Of a DNA stretch of 64,000 bases, positions 44,777 through 53,783 are shown piece after piece. The notes beneath the pieces were generated by a model. That model was not told the DNA's origin, ran no database searches, and was given only the letters and a program-made list of their open reading frames with translations. Source of the DNA: Nigerium sp. (GTDB taxonomy: Bacteria; Actinomycetota; Actinomycetes; Propionibacteriales; Propionibacteriaceae); assembly GCA_016711325.1 (NCBI GenBank), contig JADJTH010000005.1, positions 7,524-71,523 of the forward strand, in the 5' to 3' direction. Position 1 is the stretch's first letter. Every line of letters begins with the position of its first letter. Both the position numbers and the translations under genes were made by a program.

Positions 44777-47700
44777 CAGTACTGCACCTCCTGGGAGCGA
44801 CGGCGGACGGTCGAGACGATGTCTCGCTGGACGCCGGTGGGGCCGATGTAGTTGAAGGCGTACGCCTGGTGCGCGTAGCCGCCGATCAGATGGGTGGGCT
44901 TGAGCAGGATGCGGGTCACCGAGTTGTGGATGCCGCCGCGCTTGCCGGTGGCCTCGGACTTCGGCACGTCGATCGTGCGCTCCTGGGCGTGCTGCACGTA
45001 GCAGATGCCGTCCGGCAGCTTGGACGTGACGACCGCCCGGGCCACGAACACGCCGTTGGCGTTGGTCAGCTCGATCCAGTCGTTGTCGCGGACGCCGATG
45101 GACGCGGCGTCCGCCACGCTCAGCCAGGCCTGCGGCCCGCCGCGGCCGAGGGACAGCATGAACAGGTTGTCCTGGTACTCGGAGTGGATCGACCACTTGT
45201 TGTGCACCGTCAGGTAGCGCAGCGTGATCGCCTTCTCGCCGGCCGGGCCCAGTTCGGGCTCGCCGTAGGCCTTTGTCATATCGAGGGGCGGGCGGAACGT
45301 CGGCAACTGCTCGCCGGCGTCGATCATCCAGTCGTGGTCGAGGAAGAAGTGCATCCGTCCCGACAGGGTGTGCCAGGGCTTCAGCCGCTCGGTGTTGATG
45401 GTGAACGCCGCGTAGCGCCGCCCGCCCGTCTCGGAACCCGACCACTCCGGCGAGGTGATCACCGGCTGCGGGGCCTGCTGGGTCTGCGCGAAGGTGATCA
45501 GCTTCTCTTCCGAGCCCTCGGCCAGGTCGGCCAGCTTGCGGCCGGTCTTCCTCTCCAGATCGTGGAAGCCCTGGGTGGCGAGCTCGCCGTTGGTGGTGCC
45601 GGAGAACATCAAGATGGCCTCGGCGAGGCGCTGGTCGGTGTCGATCGCCGGACGCCCCGCGGCGGCCCCGCTCGGGAACACGCCGTGCATCTGGGCGAGC
45701 TTGGCCACCGAATGGTTGACGTCATAGGTGATGTTCTTCACCGTGAAGCCGAGCTTGTCCGCCAGCGGGCCGACGGTGGCAAGCTTGTCGGCGATCGCCG
45801 TGTAGTCGCGTTCCACCACCGCGAGCACCGGCATGTTCTGGCCGGGGACGGCCGGGATGTCGGTGCCCTTCCAGTCGCGCACCACGCCGCCCGGCTGCTG
45901 GATCTGGCCCGGGGTGTCGTGCTGCAGCGCGACGGCGACCAGGTCGGAGCGGGTGTCGAGGCGTCCCTTGGCCATCTGGGAGAACCGGTGGGCCAGTTCG
46001 GTGAACACCTCGTAGTCGGTCTTGGCCTCCCAGGGCGGGTCGATGGCCGGGGAGAACGAGTGCACGTACGGGTGCATGTCGGTGCTGGACAGGTCGTGCT
46101 TCTCGTACCAGGTGGCGGCCGGGAACACGATGTCGGACAGCAGTGTCGAGCTGGTCATCCGGAAGTCGGCCGTCATCAGCAGGTCGAGCTTGCCCTCCGG
46201 CGCCTCGTCGTGCCAGCGCACGTCGACCGGGCGCTCGTCGGCGCCGTGGTTGTTCGGCATCAGATTGTTGTGCGTGCCGAGGAGGTGCTTGAGGAAGTAC
46301 TCGTTGCCCTTGGCCGAGGAGCCGAACAGGTTCGAGCGCCACAGGATCATGGTGCGCGGCCAGTTCTGCGGGGCGTCCACGTCCTCCATGGCGCTCTTCA
46401 GCTCGCCGCTCTTCAGCCGGGCGGCGACATAGGCCTGGACGCTCGGCGCCTCGCCCCGGTCGACGGCGGCCTTCGCCTCGTCGGCCAGATCGAGCGGATT
46501 CACGTCGAACTGCGGGTAGAACGGCATCCAGCCCAGACGGTTCGACTGGGCGAGCGCGTCGGCGGTGTGCATGCCGTCGAGCGCGCCGGTGGACAGCGGG
46601 GACTTGACGCGGTCGGCCGAGAACCCGTCGGTGCGCCACTGGTCGGTGTGCATGTACCAGTAGGCGGTGCCGATCATGGTGCGCGGCGGACGCTGCCAGT
46701 CCATGGCGTTGGCCATGTTGAACCAGCCCGTCATGGGGCGGCACTTCTCCTGACCGACGTAGTGCGCCCAGCCGCCGCCGTTCTTGCCGATGCAGCCGGT
46801 CATCATCAGCAGCGCGATGATCGCGCGGTAGGTGACGTCGGCGTGGAACCAGTGGCAGATGCCGGCGCCGATGATGATCATCGTCCGGCCCTTCGACTCG
46901 TCGGAGTTCTGCGCGAACTGCCGCGCGGTCCGGATGCACGCCTCGGCCGGCACCGACGTGATCTCGGCCTGCCAGGCGGGCGTGTAGGGCACCTCGACGT
47001 CGTCGTAGTCCTTGGCCCAGGTGCCGGGCAGGCCGTCGCGCCCGACGCCGTACTGCGCGAGCATCAGGTCGAACACCGTGGTCACGAGCTTGTCGCCGAT
47101 CCGCCGTGCCGGGACGCCGCGGCGCACGATCGAGCCCTCGCCGCGCGGATCCTCGAAGCAGGGCAGCGCGACCGCGACGCCGTCGGCGTCCGCGTCGTCG
47201 ATGAACGTCAGGGCCGGCTCGATGGCGCCCAGGTCGAGGTTCCACTGGCCGGCGCCGTCGTCGGAGTAGCGGAATCCCATCGAGCCGTTGGGGACGGCCG
47301 TGCGCCCGGCCGCCTTGTCCCACATCACCGTCTTGAAGGCGGCGTCGCTGAGGCCGGCGTGCTCGGGCAGATCGGCTGCCGTGACGAACTTGCCCGCCGT
47401 CAGGCCGTGCCCGTCCGGGTGCTCGACGAGGGTGATCAGCATGCCGAGGTCGGTGTACTGCTTCACGTAGGAGTCGAAGTACTCGACCGTGTTGTCGACG
47501 AAGTTCTCCTTGAGGATGACGTGCCCCATCGCCATGGCGAGGGCGGCGTCCGTGCCCGCCTGCGCGGGCAGCCACTCGTCGGCGAACTTCACGTTGTCGG
47601 CGTAGTCGGGGCTGACGGTGACGACCTTGGTGCCGCGGTAGCGCACCTCGGCCATCCAGTGGGCGTCGGGCGTCCGGGTCAGCGGCACGTTGGAGCCCCA

Positions 47701-48486
47701 CATCATCAGGTAGGTCGCATCCCACCAGTCGCCCGACTCCGGGACGTCGGTCTGGTCGCCGAAGACCTGCGGGCTGGCGACGGGCAGGTCGGCGTACCAG
47801 TCGTAGAAGCTGGTCATGGCGCCGCCGATGAGGTGCGTGAAGCGGGTGCCGACGGCGTGGCTGACCATGCTCATCGCCGGGATCGGCGAGAACGAGACGC
47901 AGCGGTCGGGGCCGTAGTGCTTGATGGTGTTGACGTAGCTCGCGGAGGCGATCTCGAGCGCCTCGTCCCACGAGATGCGGACGAGGCCGCCCTTGCCGCG
48001 GGCGCGCTGGTAGCGCCGACGCTTCTCGGGGTCGGTGCTGACCTCGTGGAAGGCCGCGACCGGATCGCCGAGGCGCTTCTTGGCCTCGCGGTACATCTCC
48101 ATCAGGACGCCGCGCCCGTACGGGTAGCGCACGCGGGTGGGGGAGTAGGTGTACCAGGAGAAGGCGGCGCCGCGCGGGCAGCCGCGGGGCTCGTACTCGG
48201 GACGGTCGGGCCCGGTGGTGGGGTAGTCGGTCTGCTGCGACTCCCAGGTGATGATGCCGTCCTTGACGTACACCTTCCACGAGCAGGAGCCGGTGCAGTT
48301 CACGCCGTGGGTGGACCGGACGACCTTGTCGTGGCTCCAGCGGTCGCGGTAGAAGACGTCGCCCGCCCGGCCGCCCTGCCGGAAGACGGCGCGATGGTCA
48401 TCGGTCGCGTCCCAGCGGGTGAAGTACTTGCCCAGCTTCAGGAGGGCCTCCGACGCAGGCCCGTCGAGTCTCGCGCTCTGTTCCAT
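44776..48486 (-). CDS. narG: respiratory nitrate reductase alpha subunit
   Basis: 1236 aa. HGVNCTGSCSWKVYVKDGIITWE (FS0 cluster motif) plus the Mo-bisMGD domain throughout. Confidence 0.97.
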   Translation of the reverse strand: MEQSARLDGPASEALLKLGKYFTRWDATDDHRAVFRQGGRAGDVFYRDRWSHDKVVRSTHGVNCTGSCSWKVYVKDGIITWESQQTDYPTTGPDRPEYEPRGCPRGAAFSWYTYSPTRVRYPYGRGVLMEMYREAKKRLGDPVAAFHEVSTDPEKRRRYQRARGKGGLVRISWDEALEIASASYVNTIKHYGPDRCVSFSPIPAMSMVSHAVGTRFTHLIGGAMTSFYDWYADLPVASPQVFGDQTDVPESGDWWDATYLMMWGSNVPLTRTPDAHWMAEVRYRGTKVVTVSPDYADNVKFADEWLPAQAGTDAALAMAMGHVILKENFVDNTVEYFDSYVKQYTDLGMLITLVEHPDGHGLTAGKFVTAADLPEHAGLSDAAFKTVMWDKAAGRTAVPNGSMGFRYSDDGAGQWNLDLGAIEPALTFIDDADADGVAVALPCFEDPRGEGSIVRRGVPARRIGDKLVTTVFDLMLAQYGVGRDGLPGTWAKDYDDVEVPYTPAWQAEITSVPAEACIRTARQFAQNSDESKGRTMIIIGAGICHWFHADVTYRAIIALLMMTGCIGKNGGGWAHYVGQEKCRPMTGWFNMANAMDWQRPPRTMIGTAYWYMHTDQWRTDGFSADRVKSPLSTGALDGMHTADALAQSNRLGWMPFYPQFDVNPLDLADEAKAAVDRGEAPSVQAYVAARLKSGELKSAMEDVDAPQNWPRTMILWRSNLFGSSAKGNEYFLKHLLGTHNNLMPNNHGADERPVDVRWHDEAPEGKLDLLMTADFRMTSSTLLSDIVFPAATWYEKHDLSSTDMHPYVHSFSPAIDPPWEAKTDYEVFTELAHRFSQMAKGRLDTRSDLVAVALQHDTPGQIQQPGGVVRDWKGTDIPAVPGQNMPVLAVVERDYTAIADKLATVGPLADKLGFTVKNITYDVNHSVAKLAQMHGVFPSGAAAGRPAIDTDQRLAEAILMFSGTTNGELATQGFHDLERKTGRKLADLAEGSEEKLITFAQTQQAPQPVITSPEWSGSETGGRRYAAFTINTERLKPWHTLSGRMHFFLDHDWMIDAGEQLPTFRPPLDMTKAYGEPELGPAGEKAITLRYLTVHNKWSIHSEYQDNLFMLSLGRGGPQAWLSVADAASIGVRDNDWIELTNANGVFVARAVVTSKLPDGICYVQHAQERTIDVPKSEATGKRGGIHNSVTRILLKPTHLIGGYAHQAYAFNYIGPTGVQRDIVSTVRRRSQEVQY

Positions 48487-48600
48487 GGCGGACAGCTTTA
48501 CACAAAGTCTTCAGACAAATTGCCCCAATTGGATCTCTCTACGACGGTTGGTCGGAGTCGTCCGCCGAGATTCGCAATTGCGGGACGAGGGTGCGGCTGG

Positions 48601-49179
48601 CTACCGCAGGTGCGGGTGCTCTGCGCCAGCCAATTTCGCAACTTCGGGAGTATCTAAATCGCGTGTGGCGGCCTCGGGGGCGCGCAGCCGCGCGACGTCC
48701 ATCGCGCGCATCAGGCGTCGCACCGAGACGTCCTGGTCGCCGTCCAGACGCGCCACGGCGCGCCGCAGCGGGCCGCCCGCATAGCGGCCCGCGAGGTACT
48801 GCGGCCAGCCGTCGGCGTCCTCGAGCACGACCCCGTCCAGCCCAGCATCCGCCGTGGCCAGGAGGCCGACGGCGGCGTCCGGATGCGCGAGGTCGCCGGC
48901 CAGGATCAGCACCTCGTCGGCGTCCTCGACGAGCGCGAGCGCGGCGGCGATGCCCGCGACGGGGCCGCCGAAGGGCGGGTCCTCCCGGCGGAATCGCACC
49001 CGGGAATCGCCCGCCCAGTCCTCGGGCTCGTCGCCCGCCACGACGACCCGCGGCGCCCAGGCGAGCGCGGCGTCCACGCAACGGGCGAGCAGGGGGCGTC
49101 CGCCGATGCGGAGGGTCAGCTTGTCCAGGCCCATCCGCGAGGAGCGCCCGCCGCCCAGCACGACTGCGACCCGGCGCAT
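48601..49179 (-). CDS. mobA: molybdenum cofactor guanylyltransferase MobA
   Basis: 192 aa. VVLGGGRSSRMGLDKLTL...PPFGGPVAGI... Confidence 0.88.
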   Translation of the reverse strand: MRRVAVVLGGGRSSRMGLDKLTLRIGGRPLLARCVDAALAWAPRVVVAGDEPEDWAGDSRVRFRREDPPFGGPVAGIAAALALVEDADEVLILAGDLAHPDAAVGLLATADAGLDGVVLEDADGWPQYLAGRYAGGPLRRAVARLDGDQDVSVRRLMRAMDVARLRAPEAATRDLDTPEVAKLAGAEHPHLR

Positions 49180-49182
49180 GGC

Positions 49183-49422
49183 CTACCCGCCGGCGAAGGG
49201 CGGCAGGACGTCCACGCACCGCACGCCGGTCAGATTGGCGTCGGGATCGTCGACGCGCGCGCCGTCGGCGAGCAGCACGCTGACACGCAGCACCTCGGCG
49301 AGGCGCTCGTTGCCGTCGCCGAGCCGTGCCCTCAGCCCGGACGCCGTCAGCCCCGAGGCCTCCACCTCGACCGCGTCCATGCCGGCCGCCTCTGCGGCTC
49401 CCGCGAAGAATCTGACCTGCAT
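49183..49422 (-). CDS. moaD: MoaD/ThiS-family sulfur carrier protein
   Basis: 79 aa from ATG 49422 (RBS GGAAAGGAAA). Ends in ...VLPPFAGG (C-terminal Gly-Gly). Confidence 0.85.
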   Translation of the reverse strand: MQVRFFAGAAEAAGMDAVEVEASGLTASGLRARLGDGNERLAEVLRVSVLLADGARVDDPDANLTGVRCVDVLPPFAGG

Positions 49423-49451
49423 CGCCTTGGTTTCCTTTCCTGCCGAGTGCG

Positions 49452-50471
49452 TCATCCGCCGATGGCGCTCATGGTGCGTTCGGGCTGCTGGAAGCCCGGC
49501 GCGTCGATGCCGTGGGCCCGCGGCTTGCCCCACTGGGCGCCCCGCCAGACCCGGGCGAGGTCGTCGTCGCTGCCGCCTGAACGCAACAGCCCGCGCAGGT
49601 CGGTCTCGTCGCGCGAGAACAGGCAGGAGCGGACCTGGCCGTCCGACGTGAGGCGGGTGCGGTCGCACGCGCCGCAGAACGGGTGGGTCACGGACGCGAT
49701 GACGCCGACCCGGCCGCCGGGCTGGCCGGCGTCGGCGGCGACGTGCCACAGCGCGGCGGGCGCCGCACCGCGCGGCTCGACCGCGGGCGTCAGCGCGAAG
49801 GTCGCGCCCAACTCGGCCAGGATCTCGTCGGCGCTCACCAGCGCGTCGCGGCGCCATTCACCCGCAGGGCCGAGCGGCATCTGTTCGATGAAGCGCAACT
49901 CGTAACCCCGCTCCAGGCTGAAGCGGGCGAGCGGCACGATGTCGGCCTCGTTGATGTCACGCATCACGACCGCGTTGATCTTGAGCGGGCGCAGGCCCGC
50001 GCGATCGGTCGCGGCGATGCCGGCGAGGACATCGTCGAGCCGGTCGCGGCGCGAGAGTCGGGCGTAGCGGGCGCGGTCGAGCGAGTCCAGGGAGATGTTC
50101 ACCCGGTCGAGCCCGGCCGCGCGCAGGCCGTCGATGCGACGGTCGAGGCCGAGCCCGTTGGTGGTCAGGGCCAGTTCCGGACGCCCGTGCGCGCCGCGTA
50201 GACCGGCCGCGCCCGCCACGATGCGCTCGAGTCCGCGGCGCAGCAGCGGTTCGCCGCCCGTGAACCGGATGCAGGTCACGCCGAAGCGCTCGACGGCCAC
50301 GCGCAGCAGTCGCAGGACCTCGTCGTCGGTGAGCGTGCCCTCGACCGGAAGCCAGGCGAGTCCGTCCGCCGGCATGCAGTAGCTGCAGCGCAGGTTGCAC
50401 CGATCGGTCAGCGAGACGCGCAGGTCGCGCGCGACCCGCCCGTGCCGATCGGCCAATTGTCCAAGCAACAT
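49452..50471 (-). CDS. moaA: GTP 3',8-cyclase MoaA (radical SAM)
   Basis: About 339 aa from ATG 50471 (the ORF is open to 50537). LTDRCNLRCSYCMP radical-SAM motif. C-terminal cluster CGACDRTRLTSDGQVRSC. Ends in GG. Confidence 0.92.
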   Translation of the reverse strand: MLLGQLADRHGRVARDLRVSLTDRCNLRCSYCMPADGLAWLPVEGTLTDDEVLRLLRVAVERFGVTCIRFTGGEPLLRRGLERIVAGAAGLRGAHGRPELALTTNGLGLDRRIDGLRAAGLDRVNISLDSLDRARYARLSRRDRLDDVLAGIAATDRAGLRPLKINAVVMRDINEADIVPLARFSLERGYELRFIEQMPLGPAGEWRRDALVSADEILAELGATFALTPAVEPRGAAPAALWHVAADAGQPGGRVGVIASVTHPFCGACDRTRLTSDGQVRSCLFSRDETDLRGLLRSGGSDDDLARVWRGAQWGKPRAHGIDAPGFQQPERTMSAIGG

Positions 50472-50539
50472 GGATGAACTGTAGCGGTGCCCGATGGGAA
50501 CCAGCGGCGCCGGTGGCGGCCGGGTGAGAGAATGCATGG

Positions 50540-51178
50540 GTGACTCTCCCGCAACAGCACGGGCTTGGGCCCACGCGCGCCCGAGCGCTGACGCTCTTGC
50601 AGCGGACGGCGGAACCCCTGTCCGTGGGCGAGGTCGCCGACAGCCTGGGGGTGCACAAGAACTCGGCCCGCTTTCATCTCGACGCGCTCGTCGAGGCGGG
50701 GTACGCGGAGCGCGCGGTGGCTACACCGCGCGCGCAGGGGCGTCCGCCCTTGGTGTACTCGGCCACCAACGCCGCACCCACCATGAACCACGTGCACCTG
50801 CTCGAGTTGATCGACGTCCTCCTCGCCGGCGTCCTCGTGGGTACCCCGGACGCGCACGCCGTCGGTGAGCGGGCCGGCCGAGAGTGGGGCGCCGGACTGG
50901 TGGAACCGGGAACGCCGGCCGATCGGGTGGCCGGTGAGCTGGCCGGTCACCTCGCCGAGCGCGGCTTCGGCATCGAGCGCGACGGCGACGATCTGAGGTT
51001 CACCCGCTGCCCGTTTCGGGGGATCGTCGCGACGGAGCGGATGCCGCTCGTGTGCGCGATCCACCAGGGGTTGATCGAGGGATACCTGGGCGCCAGCCAG
51101 GGTGACCTTCGCGCGTCCCGGCTCGCGATCGGTCCTCAGGTCTGCATCTCCAGACTCACGCGGCCCGAGCAGGCCTGA
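50540..51178 (+). CDS. ArsR-type wHTH transcriptional regulator with Cys-containing C-terminal domain
   Basis: 212 aa with GTG start. LSVGEVADSLGVHKNSARFHLDALVEAGY. C-terminal C-X14-C-X29-C. Divergent to moaA. Confidence 0.8.
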   Translation: MTLPQQHGLGPTRARALTLLQRTAEPLSVGEVADSLGVHKNSARFHLDALVEAGYAERAVATPRAQGRPPLVYSATNAAPTMNHVHLLELIDVLLAGVLVGTPDAHAVGERAGREWGAGLVEPGTPADRVAGELAGHLAERGFGIERDGDDLRFTRCPFRGIVATERMPLVCAIHQGLIEGYLGASQGDLRASRLAIGPQVCISRLTRPEQA

Positions 51179-51209
51179 CCGCCGCGACCTCGGCGCTGGC
51201 CCGCTCAGG

Positions 51210-52031
51210 CTACGCGCGGTCGAAGAGACCGGCCAGCTCGAATGCCGCGACGATGCCCGCCCGCTCGGGGCCGGGGACGACATGATCGGCGTGGGCGAGG
51301 AGCGCGGCCGGCGCTCCCGCGATCGCGACGGCGGTGCCCGCCTCCTGAAGCATCTCGATGTCGTTGTGCCCGTCGCCGACCGCCACCGCGTCAGCCAAGG
51401 TGAGACCGAGCCGCTCGGTGACCGTCCTCATGCCGACCGCCTTGGTGACCGCCGCGAGGAAGATCTCACCGGCGTGGCCGTCGTGCCAGGGCAGGGAGCT
51501 GGGCAGGCCCGTCACGTCAGGCCCGATGCGGCCGGCGAGGTCGCGGGTCGCCATCGGGGCCTGCCAGCACACGACCTTCCCGAAGGGCGGCGGCGGGGTC
51601 ATGTCCGAGACCCGCAGCGTCCGGAGGATGATCGGGAAGTCGCTGAAGGTGGGGCCGACGAGGCCGCCGATGGCCCGTAACGCGTCGAGTCCGGGCGCCG
51701 ACGCATACAGGCCATCGGACGCCTCGAGCGTGTAGTGGACGCCGTGCTCGTCGAGTACCGAGACCGTGGTGGCGGCCAGTTCGGGTGAGAACACCGTGTC
51801 GGTCAGCACCCGCCCATCGAGTTCGATGTAGCCGCCGGCGAGCCCGATCACCCCGTCGAACAGGGACACGAGGGCGTCCGTGATCAGTGGGCGCGGGCGT
51901 CCGGTGCACAGGAAGACGCGGTGACCGGCGGACTGGGCGGCGTGAACGGCCTCGACGTGCTCCGGGGGGACGCCCGAGGGCGCGGCGAACGTCCCGTCGT
52001 AGTCGAGGAAGGCTGCTTTCATGCGGTCCAT
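51210..52031 (-). CDS. Cof-type HAD-IIB family hydrolase
   Basis: 273 aa. AFLDYDGT...LCTGR...AVGDGHNDIEMLQ. Confidence 0.88.
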   Translation of the reverse strand: MDRMKAAFLDYDGTFAAPSGVPPEHVEAVHAAQSAGHRVFLCTGRPRPLITDALVSLFDGVIGLAGGYIELDGRVLTDTVFSPELAATTVSVLDEHGVHYTLEASDGLYASAPGLDALRAIGGLVGPTFSDFPIILRTLRVSDMTPPPPFGKVVCWQAPMATRDLAGRIGPDVTGLPSSLPWHDGHAGEIFLAAVTKAVGMRTVTERLGLTLADAVAVGDGHNDIEMLQEAGTAVAIAGAPAALLAHADHVVPGPERAGIVAAFELAGLFDRA

Positions 52032-52183
52032 CGTGTCACGAGTCCGCGCGGGCTCCGGCCGGGCGTCCCTGTGCGCGCGAGCCGACCCGTCCGCGTATCT
52101 TGGTCGATAGCGGGGCGCGTCGGTGACCCCGTGGCGACCTGCCCGGACGGTCCGGGGGCGCGTGCGGAGAGGGAGGGGCGTTC

Positions 52184-52741
52184 GTGCCGAAGCTCATGAT
52201 TGTGCTGGGAAGCGTTCGGGAAGGCAGGATCGGACTGCCCATCGCGGAATGGGTGAAGCGGACGGCCGAGGCAGACGGGCGGTTCGAGGTCGATTTCGCC
52301 GATCTCGCCGCGATCGCGCTCCCGTTCATGGACGAGCCGAACCACCCGAGGTTGCGCAGGTACACCAAGCGCCACACGATCGAGTGGAGCGAGCGGGTGG
52401 ACGCGGCAGACGCGTTCCTGTTCGCGTTCCCCGAGTACAACTACAGCTACGGTCCCGTGATCAAGAACGCCCTCGACTACCTTCACGCCGAGTGGAATCG
52501 CAAGCCGGTTGGCTTCGTGAACTGGGGCGGCAACTCGGGGGGCACGCGCGCGCAGACCGCGCTTCGGCCGGTGGTGGGGGCGCTCGGTTTGGTCATGACC
52601 ACGGGCAACGTCGAGATCAACGTCCCGCAGCGGCAGCTCAGCGACGGCGAGTTCGTCCCGAACGAGCAGCAGGCGAGCGTGCTCAAGCGCCAGCTCGACG
52701 AGTTGCTGCGCCTGGGCGAGGCCTTGAGGCCGCTGCGCTGA
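52184..52741 (+). CDS. NAD(P)H-dependent FMN reductase family oxidoreductase
   Basis: 185 aa with GTG start (RBS GAGGGAGGGG). MIVLGSVREGR...FAFPEYNYSYGPVIKNALDY. Confidence 0.88.
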   Translation: MPKLMIVLGSVREGRIGLPIAEWVKRTAEADGRFEVDFADLAAIALPFMDEPNHPRLRRYTKRHTIEWSERVDAADAFLFAFPEYNYSYGPVIKNALDYLHAEWNRKPVGFVNWGGNSGGTRAQTALRPVVGALGLVMTTGNVEINVPQRQLSDGEFVPNEQQASVLKRQLDELLRLGEALRPLR

Positions 52742-52912
52742 CCTGGAGGGCGCCCTCCGCCCTCCGTCCTCGTCGGGACAGGGAGCGCCCGCACCCCGCT
52801 CCGCACGGGCCGTCACCGAGGAGGGCGGACGTCCCTGACGCGATCCCGCTGCCTCGTGCGTGCGGGCGAGAGCGCGTCGCCGAGCGCGCCTCATCCTGGC
52901 CCGCTCGCGAGG

Positions 52913-52931
52913 TAAGGTAAGGCTTACTAAG
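52913..52931. promoter_or_regulatory. IdeR/DtxR-type iron box upstream of the siderophore-interacting protein gene
   Basis: TAAGGTAAGGCTTACTAAG matches TWAGGTWAGSCTWACCTWA at 16/19 positions. It shares the core AGGCTTAC with the hmuT box and ends 15 bp before the GTG at 52946. Confidence 0.55.
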
Positions 52932-52945
52932 CGAAGGGGTCTGTC

Positions 52946-53737
52946 GTGGCATTCAAGGACGCCCGCAAGGGACGGGGGCTCTACCTCGCCGAGGTGACGG
53001 CACGCGTGCAGGTGTCGCCGCACGTCGTGCGGGTGACGGTGGCCGGGGACGACCTCACCCGGCTGCCCCGGCACGGTTTCGACCAGTGGTTCCGGCTGTT
53101 CCTGCCGCGCGGCGACGGCGGCGCTGACTTCTCCCGCGTGCCCGAGCAACTCGGCATGGGCAGCTACCTGAAGTTCCTGACGTCGCCGTCCGGCACGCGT
53201 CCGGTCTTCCGCAGCTACACGGTGCGTGAGTTCCGTCCCGAGTCCGGTGAGCTCGATATCGACTTCATCGTGCACGGCGACCGCGGCATCGCCGGCCCGT
53301 GGGCGTCCGGCGCCGAACCGGGCGACCGGGTCGCGATCCTCGACCAGGGCCGCGGGTTCGACCCGGTGCCGGACGCCGGCTTCTACCTGCTGGCCGGCGA
53401 CGAGTCGGCGATGCCCGCGATCGCCGGCATCCTGCGCGACCTGCCCCGGGACGCCCGCGGGCTGGCGCTGATCGAGGTGCCTGAGCCGGACGACGCCCAG
53501 CCCGTCGATGGCCCCGTGGGGGTGGAGGTGCGCTGGCTGCCGCGAGGGGACACGCATGCGACGCCGGGGGCGAAGGCGCTCGAGGAGCTGCGCGCGTTCG
53601 TCCCGGAGGATCCGGTCACGCTGTCGGCCTACGTGGTGGGCGAGCAGACCCTCGCCGCCGAGGGACGGCGTCACCTCGTGGTTGTCGGCGTCCCGAAGGC
53701 ACGGATCGCGTTCGTGGGCTACTGGCGGGCCGCCTGA
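52946..53737 (+). CDS. siderophore-interacting protein (FAD-binding ferric-siderophore reductase, ViuB/SIP family)
   Basis: 263 aa. VRVTVAGDDLTRLPRHGFDQWFRLFLP...RSYTVREF...LLAGDESAMPAIAGIL. Confidence 0.9.
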   Translation: MAFKDARKGRGLYLAEVTARVQVSPHVVRVTVAGDDLTRLPRHGFDQWFRLFLPRGDGGADFSRVPEQLGMGSYLKFLTSPSGTRPVFRSYTVREFRPESGELDIDFIVHGDRGIAGPWASGAEPGDRVAILDQGRGFDPVPDAGFYLLAGDESAMPAIAGILRDLPRDARGLALIEVPEPDDAQPVDGPVGVEVRWLPRGDTHATPGAKALEELRAFVPEDPVTLSAYVVGEQTLAAEGRRHLVVVGVPKARIAFVGYWRAA

Positions 53738-53783
53738 TCCGTGGTGGCCGGATCTGTTGCCACGTCGGTCCGGAACCGGACGG

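Noticed and set aside
44869-48657. 1262-aa plus-strand ORF
   Set aside because: It is antisense to narG, has low-complexity Arg/Gly/Val/Asp-rich composition, and has no recognisable motifs. NarG on the other strand is unmistakable.
50472-50537. Longer MoaA start at 50537 (MHSLTRPPPAPLVPIGHRYSSS...)
   Set aside because: The extension would abut the divergent regulator's start at 50540, leaving no promoter space, and it is not MoaA-like. ATG 50471 (MLLGQLADRHGR...) fits the family N-terminus better, although this remains uncertain.
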